Shown piece after piece: positions 51,801 through 64,000 of a DNA stretch of 64,000 bases (position 1 is its first letter; each line of letters starts with the position of its first letter). The translations under genes were made by a program, and so were the position numbers. Source of the stretch: Azolla caroliniana (taxonomy: Eukaryota; Plantae; Polypodiophyta); assembly GCA_043228905.1 (NCBI GenBank), contig JBHGNT010000009.1, positions 1,426,001-1,490,000 of the forward strand, read 5' to 3'. The notes under the pieces were generated by a model. That model ran no database searches and was not told the DNA's origin. It was given only the letters and a program-made list of their open reading frames with translations.

Positions 51801-52709
51801 ATGAGTGGTCTTGTAGTTCCATTGAATATGAGTGTCACCTACATTTCCTTTTCAGCACATGCTGATTGCAATCAGACAAGTGCATTTTTGAATGAGCTAA
51901 GACCACCTAATATCATTCTGGTACATGGTGAAGCAAACGAGATGGGCCGTTTGAAAGCAAAGTTACAAACCCAATTTGCTGACCAGAATGTGAATGTGTT
52001 ATCCCCTCGAAACTGCCAAACAGTGGAGATGTTTTTCAAAGGGGAAAAAACTGCAAAAGCGATTGGTCGTCTGGCCGAGAAGCTTCCAAACGAAGGCGAC
52101 TCCGTTAGTGGTTTGCTAGTGAAGAAGGGATTCACTTACCAGCTCATTGCTCCAGAAGATCTCCATGTCTACACTCAGTTAACTACAGGTAGTGTAATGC
52201 AACGGCAATGGGTCCCATATAAAGGCGTCTTTCCAGTCCTGAAGTATAGGATGCAGCAAATGTATGAAAAGGTAGAGATGGTCTTAGATGCAGAAATCCC
52301 CTCTCTTAAAGTGCATGATAAGATAACCATATCTCAGGAAGGCTTGGATTGTGTGGTTCTACAGTGGGTTTCAGATCCTGTTAGTGATATGGTAGCTGAT
52401 TCGGTTGTTGCTATGATACTGAAGCTGAACACCCAGCCTCCTAAATCAGAGCCCAATAATGGTTCTGAAGTGAAGGAATCCAGCCCCAATAAAAATGGTG
52501 TGAAGATCATTCATTCATTGTTAATGTCTTTGTTTGGGGATGTAGAATTGGATACCGATCAACAGAAATTAACTGTCACGGTTGATGGTGTAAAAGCTAT
52601 GGTGGACTATGCGAAAAAAGACATTGAATGTGACAATGATAGCCTAAGAGAGCGGGTTAAGCTAGCTTTTGGAAGGATACAAAGTGCTTTAAATCCATTG
52701 GATTTGTAG
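48513..52709 (+). CDS. CPSF73: Cleavage and polyadenylation specificity factor 73 kDa subunit (metallo-beta-lactamase/beta-CASP endonuclease). Exons 48513-48665, 49871-49968, 50541-50586, 50694-50843, 51081-52709; 691 aa
   Basis: [56 protein letters not shown] and LVHGE motifs; GT-AG introns keep the frame. Confidence 0.96.
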
Positions 52710-54342
52710 TGAAAATATCCCTCTGAATTTCCGTTTAAAATCAAACACAGCGATGATAACGATAGAGAGCAGAGTGATTCAAAGTTCAAACTATAACTTC
52801 TGGAAGGATATACAACGTGCTTTATAAATCCAAGCAGATTTGAAGCGAAAAATGTATATGCCTATAAATGTTGAGGCACAAACTGGCCATCCTATTAATG
52901 TCTCTACAAATCTCTCTACGAAATGTCAGTTTCCACTCTTGCCTTTTGGTGATGACAGTGTTATGATGCACATGTCTTGTTATACCATAGTATATGTAGT
53001 CAGCTCCTTTTAATGTAAGACTTCTAGAGTTCTTGATTTGCATATTTAGCTTTTTCATGAACTTCAATATATCAAGAAATAGCCCTCTTTTCTTTCATTT
53101 TTTTGAAGTCATCTTAATTATTTTGTTCAATAAGTGTCTGCTACCATCAGAGAATCATAGTATTGCAATGGGTACACATTCTTTTAGGATTTTTTCCCCC
53201 TTATTATAGTAAATGAAAATATATGTTTGGTCATGAAAAGCTTGAGGAGGTTGATTGTGTGTTACTCAGATCTTGTTGATGGTGAGAGAAGTATTGTGAA
53301 ACAGATGGATTTTTGTCCTGATTGATGCTTTCAATCCAGATTCCTATGTGTCAATGCAGTGGCAATTCCGATCATATTTGGTTTTTGTTTGTGGAGAACT
53401 AAATGTTTGTCTGAAGACTCCACTTGTGTGATTAAGAGTATATCTATATCATGTACTTGTTCATAATTGTAAGTTCCCATTGTTATAGAATAATTAAATA
53501 TCTTGATTGTTTCTTGTTACAGTAAAAAAGACACTGCCTATAATGGTAACTGATTGTTGGAATTGTGTTTATTTTATGGTTGTTCAATGTAAAATGTATT
53601 GTTGTCTTATCTGTAATGTAAATCAAATTACTCTTAGAAATTAAGATCATGATTCTTGATTATGTTGCCTCTTTCTCAAAGCTCTAATTAATTGAGAGTT
53701 TGTGATTGATGAGCATGTCTATTATGAAAGAGAAGCTTGTCATTTAAAATTGAGGTATTGATGTAGACACATGTCGTGGATTTGAATTTCTATCATGGTG
53801 TAAGATTTGAAATCAGAAAACGTCTATCGAGTTATCTGTGGAGTAACACTACAAGAACCTAAGCATGATACCATTGGTGACACTACAAGAATCTATGCAC
53901 AATACCTTTGTAATGCACTTTTATTGGTATGATGTATTATGTGACGCATCAATATGGATATACAGAGTGAATAACGGATGAGCATTGAACCCTATTATGG
54001 TGTAAGATTTGAAATTAGAATATGGCAATCAAGCTATATGTGGATTGACACTACAAGAAACATAGGAATCTTGTATTGCATTTTTCCTTTTATTCGAGGG
54101 GTATATTTTTGTACAAGGAAAAACTCAGAAATGCCCACGAGTTTTTATTTATTTTCGTTAAGTACCTATCATATTTTCTTGGATACACTTGAACAACTCC
54201 AAAAGTGAGACAAAGGGATGAGTTTGATAGGAACGTAGATTGGCTGGTCCCCCGAAGGACGGTAAGCAACTCAAAATACCTTGCCCCTGAACTATAAGCA
54301 TCATTTGCTCTAGCAAGGATAATTGCTCAGGTGGGTAGTTGA

Positions 54343-54756
54343 CATGACTACTAGATACAGGGATAAGCGAGGGCATTTTTGGAGAAAATAATGGAAAACT
54401 GGGGGGCATTCTTACATATTTTTCCTGTTTATAATACTTGGTAATGGTGTTTCTATAGATACCGGTGATGTTTCTTCAACTCTGCAAATTCAATGCACAC
54501 CCAATAGCAAAAGCAGAAGTCCCATATAGCCAAACTGATGAGGAAAACATGACTACTGGAGGTAGGGATAAGCGAGGACATTTTTTGCAGAAATAATGGA
54601 AAACTCCGGGGCATTCTTACATATTTTTCCTGTTTATAATACTTGGTAATGGTGTTTCCATAGATACCGGTGGTGCTTCTTCAACTCTGCAAATTCCATG
54701 TACACCCAATAGCAAAAGCAAAAGACCCATATAGCCAAACTGATGAGGAATGCATG
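54343..54756 (+). repeat. ~205 bp tandem duplication covering the PPR 5' region
   Basis: catgactact..gggataagcgagg..ataccggtg..ccaaactgatgaggaa occurs twice, highly similar. Confidence 0.9.
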
Positions 54757-57264
54757 GTAACCGATCAATTCATCCGCTTGACCCTCCAAGCATGCTTAAA
54801 AAGCAAAGATTTGGGTCTTTGTCAGAATCTTCATTCTGTTCTTTTTGAAGTGGGTTTTCATTCAAATCCATATTTATTAGATCTTCTGATACTTTTGTAT
54901 TCTGCTTGTGGTGCTCTGGAAGATGCAAATCATGTTTTTAGTATTGTCCCCAAACCTACCACAAATGCTTGTAATGCTATCATCAAAGCATATGCCAAGG
55001 TTGCGAAACATTGGATGGTTATTACAATGTTTAACCATATGCAAGTCAAAGGTTCAAATCCCAACAAATTCACGTTTCTTTGTGTGCTCAAAGCATGCAA
55101 AGACACGGTATCAGGTAGACTAATCCATCACTTGATTGTTAAAAATGGGTTGAATTTAGATTCTAGTATTGCAAATGCAATCATTAGTATGTATATTAGA
55201 TGCGAGAGAGTAGAGGAGGCACAAAAAGTTTTTGATGTTCTTCAATTAAAGGATGTAACATCATGGTGCAATTTGATTAATGGGTACTCTGCGTATGGAA
55301 ATTATATAGATGCACTCTTAGTGTTTGAAAAGATGCAACAAAATGAAGTAAACCCAAATGTATTAACCTTTTTGGGTGTTCTTAGAGCTTGTTCTAACGT
55401 GAGGAAAATAGTGTTGGGTAAGCAAATCCATGATCAAATAACGAGAAACTGTCTTGATGCAGACTTTTTCATTAGTAGTGCTTTGGTTAATGTTTATGCT
55501 AAATGTGGAGCTCTTCATGAAGCACATTCTTTGTTTACTAGGTTGCCGAAACAAAATCCTGTATCATGGGGTGTCATGATAACAGCATACGTTGATCATG
55601 ATAAAGGTATGCTTTCACTTCAACTTTTCAAAGAAATGATCAAGCAAGGACTTGATCCAACTAGAGCTACTTTTCTAGCTGTTTTAAAGGTGTGTAGTAA
55701 TCTGGGTAGTTGTGTAGAAGGCATGTTAACACATCATTATATCGTTAGCAATTGTTTAGAAGATGATATGATGGTGGCTAGCTCCATAATTGACATGTAT
55801 GCTAAATGTTGCTGTTTGACGGATGCATGTAAAGTCTTCAAACATTTACGACATCTAGATGTAGTTTCATGGGGTGTAATGATAGATGGATATGCTGAAA
55901 ACAATCAAGGTAACCTAGCCCTGATTCTTTTTGGAAATATGCTACAAATGGGAATCCTGTCTAACAAACCGATTTTTTTATCAAGTCTGAAGGCATGTGG
56001 TAGTGAACAAGCACTAAAATCAGGAAGAATCATACATGGGGATATCATAAGAAGTGCACTAGAATTGGATAGTACCATTAGCACAAGCCTTGTTGATATG
56101 TATGCAAAATGTGGGAGTCTGGAAGAAGCAAGAAGAAATTTTGATGCAATGCCCGAACGAACGGTTGTAACATGGAGTGCATTAATTTCAGGGTATGCTG
56201 AACATGATTGTGCTGAGTTGGCGTTAGAATTATTCAGGGAGATGAAGCTTAATGGCATCAATCCAGATAAGGTCACTTTTTCCTCTATCCTGAAGGCTTG
56301 TAGTTCATTAAACTTAATAGAACATGGCACACTGGTTCATGAGGAAATTAGGATAAATGGATTGCAAACAGATGTTATTGTTGGAACAGCACTTGTTGAT
56401 ATGTATAGTAAATGTGGGCAGGTAGAAGAGGCACGTAATGTTTTTGATGAAATGCCCATTCATAACACATTGTCATGGGGAGCAATGATCTCTGGCTATG
56501 CCCAACATGGTTATGGATTTTCAGCCCTTGAACTATTTCAAGAAATGCACGAGAAGGGTATCAAACCAAACAAAGTTACATTCTTATGCATCTTAAGAGC
56601 TTGCAGTAGCATAGGAATGGTTGTGCATGGGAGATGGATACATGCTCTAATCATTTGTAATGGCTGCGAATGTGTTGATGTGATAGCAAACACACTTGTC
56701 GATATGTATGCAAAATGTGGAAGTTTAATTGAATCCTGTAAGGTATTTTGTGCCATACAAAATCCTGATGTGGTGTCATGGGCAGCACTAATTACAGGAT
56801 ATGCACAACATGGCATATATAAATTGGCAATGGAATGTATTGAAGTCATGGATTGTCGAGGTGTAATGCCAAATGATGCAATTTTTGCTAGCTTACTTGC
56901 TGCATGTAGTCATTCTGGCGTGATTGGAGAAGGATGCCAATTCTTCCAGAACCTAAGAGAAGATCATTATATGGTGCCTGGCTTTGAGCAGTACAGTTGT
57001 ATGATTGATCTCTTTGGTCGGGGAGGACATCTCAGTAAAGCGGAAGATGTATTTAGAACCATGCCATCCTTGCCAAATTTCATTGCCACGATTTCCTTTT
57101 TGACACATTGCCGAAATTTTAGCAACGTGATGGGCTTTGGAGAGTCCACTCTAAATTTTGATATTAATAACAATAATCAAGGATGTTTAATGCCGAACAT
57201 AGTTAGTAATGTGGAGGTTCAAATGGATAACAAGAATTATGCTAAAACATTTGAGGTTCCATGA
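54670..57264 (+). CDS. PLS-class PPR protein (long P-L-S array, truncated E domain); first in-frame ATG at 54754
   Basis: Repeated LVDMYAKCG / VSWGAMI / TFL.ILKAC motifs; ACSHSG and YSCMIDLFGRGG. Confidence 0.92.
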   Translation: MVLLQLCKFHVHPIAKAKDPYSQTDEECMVTDQFIRLTLQACLKSKDLGLCQNLHSVLFEVGFHSNPYLLDLLILLYSACGALEDANHVFSIVPKPTTNACNAIIKAYAKVAKHWMVITMFNHMQVKGSNPNKFTFLCVLKACKDTVSGRLIHHLIVKNGLNLDSSIANAIISMYIRCERVEEAQKVFDVLQLKDVTSWCNLINGYSAYGNYIDALLVFEKMQQNEVNPNVLTFLGVLRACSNVRKIVLGKQIHDQITRNCLDADFFISSALVNVYAKCGALHEAHSLFTRLPKQNPVSWGVMITAYVDHDKGMLSLQLFKEMIKQGLDPTRATFLAVLKVCSNLGSCVEGMLTHHYIVSNCLEDDMMVASSIIDMYAKCCCLTDACKVFKHLRHLDVVSWGVMIDGYAENNQGNLALILFGNMLQMGILSNKPIFLSSLKACGSEQALKSGRIIHGDIIRSALELDSTISTSLVDMYAKCGSLEEARRNFDAMPERTVVTWSALISGYAEHDCAELALELFREMKLNGINPDKVTFSSILKACSSLNLIEHGTLVHEEIRINGLQTDVIVGTALVDMYSKCGQVEEARNVFDEMPIHNTLSWGAMISGYAQHGYGFSALELFQEMHEKGIKPNKVTFLCILRACSSIGMVVHGRWIHALIICNGCECVDVIANTLVDMYAKCGSLIESCKVFCAIQNPDVVSWAALITGYAQHGIYKLAMECIEVMDCRGVMPNDAIFASLLAACSHSGVIGEGCQFFQNLREDHYMVPGFEQYSCMIDLFGRGGHLSKAEDVFRTMPSLPNFIATISFLTHCRNFSNVMGFGESTLNFDINNNNQGCLMPNIVSNVEVQMDNKNYAKTFEVP

Positions 57265-59268
57265 AAGGGAGTTTTGTACATCGATGGAAACCATGGCTAC
57301 TCTTAGGATAGGCTTAGAAGGCAGTTTCCCATAGTTGTGCAAAAATGGTGGTGAAGATGAATAGTACTGGTGGATAGGCTATAAGTCACTAGTATCTAAT
57401 TGCCTGAATGAATTACTCCCATGTCCATTAATTGGTCTATTGTGTGCAAACAATTCCAGTGACAATGTTCTTTATGCATCGATGAACATGTGACTAATCA
57501 ATCAATATAAGTGTAGACAATGGGTTCTGCGACAAATTCTACTAACATCCAACATTGTAAACTGACCTTATAATTGGTATAAAGACATGATGTGCTGATT
57601 GTGATCAGCATCACTAAAGATACAAGATGTATGTTTAGGAAACTTGTGGATATAGTAGTCGGTCAATGTATCATGTTCTCACTTTACCCTGTAACACTAC
57701 GTTAAATAAGATGAAAGTGTAATTTTGCCTTTGGGCACTATGAAAGGAGACCTAGATCCGGACCATTTGTTTTTGCATGTCAGTGATGAATGGATAATGT
57801 GGTGATTTGAAGTGTTTGTATATTGCATTCATTTCAAGGATGTGTGAATGCAATGTAGCTATATTTTACATGAAATCTAGTCAGTGCTTACACCTTGTTA
57901 GAATCCACTCAGTGCCTTCTTTGTTGCCTAAAGCGTAAATTCGCATGATAACCACCATTAAGGGATTTTGTTGACACCAAATAAAAGAAAGCGAACTATC
58001 AAGCCCAAGTGTATGTTATGGAATTACATTGTTCTAGTAAATTCTGTTGAAGCTATACCAAATACATTGCTCTGTGGACAACTTGGTGCAAAATGCTTGA
58101 AGCCAATCCCCCAAGAAATAACAAGTCAAAGCTTCTAAATGGCAGGAAAAGCTGGAATAAGTAAACATATGCACACAGAAGCATCACGCATTATTTCCAA
58201 TGCCCAAAGACTATGAACCTATGAAGTCGGAGGAAAAGAGTTTGAAGATTGAAGATAGATATTCTGCGAGGAAAATATACACATTTCAAGACCATTTGTA
58301 TAAATAAATCTGTGATGAAATTCCACACATTTAAAGATTAAATTAAATTCAGATGTGAAAAAAGTCTCACAGGATTGGCATGTGTTGAGCAATGTCGAGC
58401 TTTGGTTTATCACAGCTCAAATTTACCATAGTTGTGTAAGAATTTAGAAAACATTTATTACAAACACCAATATTGGATCGAGTAAAGACATCGTTATTAA
58501 GCATGATGGCATGGCATGCCTTCAACATTTTGCATCGATGGATGTTTTTGCAACTTGATTTAATAGTATCATATTATTTGCATTATGGATTCATCATTCA
58601 CAAGAACATGATCCAGAATTTCTAAGAACGAAAGCAGGAATATGAAAGCATACATAAATACATGTTTAGCATGTTCAATAGATGTTCTCATTATACTGCA
58701 TACTCCACGAGTGAATCAGATCTTCAGTACATCAATATGATGGCGCCACAGTAATCTGTAGGAATCATAGAGCAATAATAGGATATCCTGTTTTTAATAC
58801 AGTTTGGAGTACCAACTAAAGTAACAATTACTCAAGAATTTAAAGGTATCCCATTGTGGAGAAGTGCAGAATTAGAAATATTTTAGCGTCTACAAAGAGG
58901 CCAATCTTGGCCGATTGGACACTTCGATGAGTCAATCTGTCATAAATATTACGAAGGGTTTTCATGCTTCAGAGAAAAATGCATCTATGTGCACTCACAT
59001 ACGAGAGAGAGAGAGAGAGAGAAGGAATGGGGAACCAAAAAGTTATAAGATATACAAATAGGATGAGAGACATGCTGATTAAGTTAGAGCTAATATTCAA
59101 CGAGATTTGTACAACGAAACCAGGAGAACTTACTCCAAATTCTAGTCTCTTAGTCAACCTGTACAAGTTATATATATTACAAACTGCTTCCAATCCTCTG
59201 GTGCAGGTTACAAAAACCACATATATACATCCATCAGAAAACATTCTGTACAATTGCTTTATTAATTT

Positions 59269-62200
59269 TCAACCAGAATCAACACCTTGTAATGAACGGG
59301 AAGAAGGCATGCGATCTGGTAACATGGCCAGAGTAACAATATAATAGACTGTTCCAACTGGTAAACCATATGGATTAGCACTTGTTATTGTTACTGAGCT
59401 TGAGAGTTCAGGTGTACTACCAGTCATTACGGTTTTTGGGGGCATTCGAGCAATGTTTTTCTCAATATGAACTATTTGCCCAACTATGTAAGTCTGTCTT
59501 TGTGAGGAATCTTGACGAAAAAGATCCACTGATTCTTCCGATAGATAGTAATTTGGGCAACCTCTATTCATCGCTTCATAGTAACCATTACCATTCCTTG
59601 AAAATATTGCTAGTTCATGCACTTGGAAACGAGTGTAGCATATCTTTTCTTTATTAACCTACAGAACATTCAAAACTGCTCATGCAATTGGAACAGTGTA
59701 GCCCATTTTTTCTTTATTAATCTATATTGAGAATTACCTATCTTCGCTTACAAATTATTGATTACAGTGAACAAATATAATCTTACCTGCAAAATTATGT
59801 TTTGTATATAGGTTCTTTAAGAGCTCCAAATATCATCGTACCTGCTTGTCAAGATTGTGTTTTGCATATAGGTTCTTTAAGAGCTCCAGCTTAGATTCAA
59901 GTTCAGCGGCTAAGAGACTTTTACTTGTTTCAATCAAACTGCAACGTTCCATGAGGTCGGCTTGCTCTTTTGCAAGTAGGCCAACTTTATCAGCCAAGGC
60001 CTTAACACATTCACAGAAATCCGCCGCCCCTTCACTCTCTGCATCACTGCTGGATAATAACGATAACAATAAAGCAAAAGAATCAGAATCATTTGCAAAA
60101 TCAGTATGGCTTGAAGAATACCCCAATATCAACCAGGGAAAAAATATAGGGGCTACTGAATTCCAGGTCAGTTTCTTCCAAGGATTTAGAAAACTTTTGG
60201 CTTTTATTATCAGAAGATTTCTATAGTTTTACAATAAATTTGACAATAAAATACACTCTAAAAATTAAATATTGTGAAGATTGGCCCAATGTCATATACA
60301 TTTGAATTTTCATAACTTCAAATTTGTCAAACCATTTATATTTAGCAAAGCCCTTGAGGTCTCCTTTTTTATTTTTACCATGAGATTAATGCAGCAAAAA
60401 AGAACATGATCGTGCTAAATGCAAGCAGATAACACATAGCCAAAGATAGATACATATACACATATATGCGCATATATATAATATATATTATATAATATAT
60501 AACATATACCTATAAGGATTCTCAAAGGGAAAACGATTTTGATCGAGTCTAGATGGTTAATTCATATAAGGTTGATACGTTTATCAATCTCATTAGAACC
60601 CACGGAGAATCAATCTCTTGCTTGGTCACCCCACATTGAATCTACAAGAACAAGATTTCTGATTGATGGATGTTCTTTCCAGCATGGGAGGCACAATTGG
60701 AAACTGCTTCTACATAGTTTAAGTAGTGGTATATATACATATACGTATGAAAAGGCAGCAGGTGGCAGCATATCTTACCTTTTTAAGCAGTTTGCAAGAG
60801 ATCGTAAAGAGTCTGCCAGACCTAAGCCTCCAGATGAGGAAGTTGAAACACTTTGTCGCAATCTTTCCACAAAGCCACAGAGTTTCACACTTGACATCCG
60901 TAACGCATTATACTCAGCTGTCTTTCGATCAGCAGAACATTGTGTAATTCGAGTGTCCTCCCTAGCATTATGCAAGGCAGTCTCCAACTCTGCACAATTG
61001 AACTGTCCATGCAAGCACAAGAAGTAAGATTAGTGCAAATCTTCCCATAATATTAGCAAAGGAAGGAAATATTTATATTTTGTTAATTTTATTTGTTTGT
61101 ATAGTTACTTGACATTCTTCAAGAAGGCCGTCCTTCTGTTGGATCTCTTTTCTCAACAAATCAATATCCCTATGGGCAGTTTCCAGCTTTTCTTCGAGTG
61201 CTGTACAGTATTTAGACTTCTCCAATAAAGCATTTTGTAAACTTACAAAGTCCCTATATTTTCCCTCCTTTCCATGTGTGCATGCCCTACAATCTCTATC
61301 AAAATGATCAATCCCTTTCTTTTCCATATCTGATTTGCGCTCTTTCGTCAAATCATGCTGAATCTCCTCTCTTTCATCTGACATTGCTGCATCACCACCA
61401 GATATAGGAGTAGAAAATTCGACCATGCTTTCATCCACACATTCTTCAAATTTTTCTGCCCTGTCATTTATAGACAACGACCGTCCAAAATCAATTAAAC
61501 GAGAGTTGCAAGCTCCATCATGATCATCCATGATAGAGCCCAATGGGGTCGCTCCCATATTTGTGATTCTCACTTCTTCAGTGACATCTGAAGTCTCCGA
61601 TTTTGAAGAGGTTTCTGTAACTACCAATTGTGCTGTGGAATGGTTCATAAAGTCATTCGAATTTAATCTACGCATTTGATCATGTTGATCAGCAAGCCTT
61701 TGTTCTAGCTCACGAATGCGTCTCTCATATGAGCTGCATTGCTGTTGCCTTTCAGTCAGTATAGTTTGAAGATGCTTTGCATAATCATCCTTTAAGGCAA
61801 GAGCTTCTAAAGTTTTCCTAGTAACATGGTTGCCCGCACTGGGATCATTGGTTTCACTTACAGGAAGAATGTCAATGCACTGATCATAACTGCATAAAAC
61901 AGCAATCCTTGAGGCTAGTTCTGCTTTCAACCATGCATTCTCAACCTCCATCTTGCTAGTACCAGAAATTTCATCATTCATTCCATCTTCAATTATTTGA
62001 TCAGTTATCGTTGATGAGCTATCATCGATCTGTTCACTTTTTGAGCGGGCAGTCTTTAAATGAGGCCCAAATAACAACTCGGGGGCAAACTTCTCTAGAT
62101 CAACCATGTCAATATCACATAAGTCAGTGTCATAGGGTTCAATATTCACAACACATTGGCTAGGGATACCAAGTAAGCCCAGAGAAGCAATAACCTCCCT

Positions 62201-64000
62201 TGGAATAAAACCACCATGAACACGGAGAAACTCCTCTCTTCGTGCTAGTTCTGCTTCTCTAGTTTTTGCCATTCTTTCAGCTAACTGCCCAGCTTGACCC
62301 ATGTAAAGTTTCATACTTGCTTTCCTCCTAACAATTTCAGCAAGACAAGCCCTATATGAAGGACCTATTCTTCTAACAACCTTCAGTTCTCCAAATATCT
62401 CATCTTGATGAGCCATTGCCTCTTTGAAAGCTGCTATTTGGTTGCGCACATCACGAATCCTTGATTGAAGTGTGGCAACCTTTTGCGTAGATGTGTGCAC
62501 GCAAGCACTCATTTCACGCTTACTGATCTTGAAACTTTCCAGAAGTTTCACTATTCTTTGGTAGCAAACTTCCATCTTTGGAAGATGGTTGTTTACATGA
62601 ACATGATACATTGGACCTAAGGCAGAGACAGCATCATGGGGTCGCACTGAAATTGAGATATTGCTGCTTAGACATTCATCAACCAGTTTCCTTACAGTAT
62701 TCACATCCTTACTGGAGAGAAAATCATAAATACATCATGATGTCAGACTCATTAAACACTTAGCATGAACCCAGAAAACAAAACAAATAAGTCATCACCG
62801 TCCATTCACATAGGCAACATTACAAAACATTATTGCCTGAGCACAAGCACTTAATTTCAGCGATACAAGCTTAAAAAATGACTCACTATTTCTTGCAGCT
62901 AGTTTTAGGTTCACTAAGATGTCTAGGCAATAAGATTAACATTTTTTCAGTTTGTAACTTGCTTTGACTAGAATAGATTAGCAATTGTAATCCATGATGA
63001 TGTCTTATAGGCCATTATCATCTTTTAGAAACATTGATATGCCTTTGTTTTTCTGCTTCCTTTTGCTTGAGCTGCTAGCAAGAGCCCAGAAATGCAAATT
63101 TCCTATAAGAGATTCCAAATCAAACATACAAAAAAGATGATGTACCTGAGTGACTGCATAATACTCTTCTCTTCTTCCACAATGAAGGCATGCTCTGTAA
63201 TTGATCTCTCTAGCTTCTGGGTATCCACTGAAGGTACATTTTGAAATAAGACTTGAACATTACGTTGCAGATCCAAAAACACACTCCTCAACTGTGTCAC
63301 CTTCCCTGTGAATTGTTTATAAGAATTTGCACAAACATCGACTCGCTTTTGCAAACTCATACCATCTATACAATCTGCAAGGGTTACTCGTGAATCGGAC
63401 ACAAGGCATGGGTGCAGTTTGCATCTCTTCAGATGCTCTAAATCCCTATTGAAGTTCGTTAAAATATCTGCGTGCTCTTTTTGTTGTCGAGAAAAATGCT
63501 TCATAAACTCAGAGTAACTATGAGCTATAATTTTGTAATAATAATCCATATTACTTTTGGCTGTAGATATTGCCATGTTCTGGACTTGTTGCTCATGTAG
63601 AAGTTGTCGGCACATTTCAAATCTATCGTGAGTTGCGGTAAATATTGCATTCCCTTTCTGGAAGTGGAATCGAAACTGTCTTTCATAAGAAGGCAATGCC
63701 TTAAGAGCCGGATCAGAAGTATTTTCTAAGGGATGCCCAGTTAATGTCACTGTAGGAGGGGAAGGAATAACAAGCTCCCGTACTTGGATATTTTCTTCTA
63801 CTGGAGGTAATGCATCAGCCAATAGACGTGATCGATTGAATAAGAAAATATGCCTACCTTCAGCAGGCAAATTGTATGATGAAAGCGAGCGTTGAGGTTC
63901 TAACCGGGTGTCGTCACAGAGAAGTAGTTGATCATTTTGTGCAACATTTATAAGGGGTGCCAAGCAATCTTGTAACACTTGAACAGACATAGAAGTAGGG
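59269..64000 (-). CDS. ATG11: Autophagy-related protein 11 (5' end outside the window). Exons 63146->64000, 61109-62711, 60779-61002, 59842-60049, 59269-59658
   Basis: DPALKALPSYERQFRFHF, HDAVSALGPMY, YRACLAEIVRRKASMKLYMGQAGQLAE, C-terminal GQIVHIE and NPYGLPVG..Y.IVT.AMLPD; GT-AG introns keep the frame. Confidence 0.95.

Overview
Eukaryotic, AT-rich land-plant nuclear DNA with spliceosomal GT-AG introns. The PPR style and LINE types suggest a seed-free plant such as a fern, but this is inference only. The left ~42 kb is a rearranged accessory region. It holds an intronless GDSL esterase interrupted by one in-frame TAG, a PLS-class PPR gene inside a ~11 kb interrupted inverted repeat, an A-B-A-B tandem array of four secreted dirigent-protein genes with Asn at the usual catalytic 'HD' Asp, LINE/LTR/MITE insertions, and a TRM/LONGIFOLIA-like gene inside a second inverted repeat. 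The right ~16 kb is more ordinary: CPSF73 (5 exons), a second PLS PPR gene followed by a decayed DYW-like tail, and the 3' part of ATG11. The best candidate for an undescribed system is the GC-rich, intronless, secreted dirigent + GDSL module. All alignments and identities were judged by eye, not computed.
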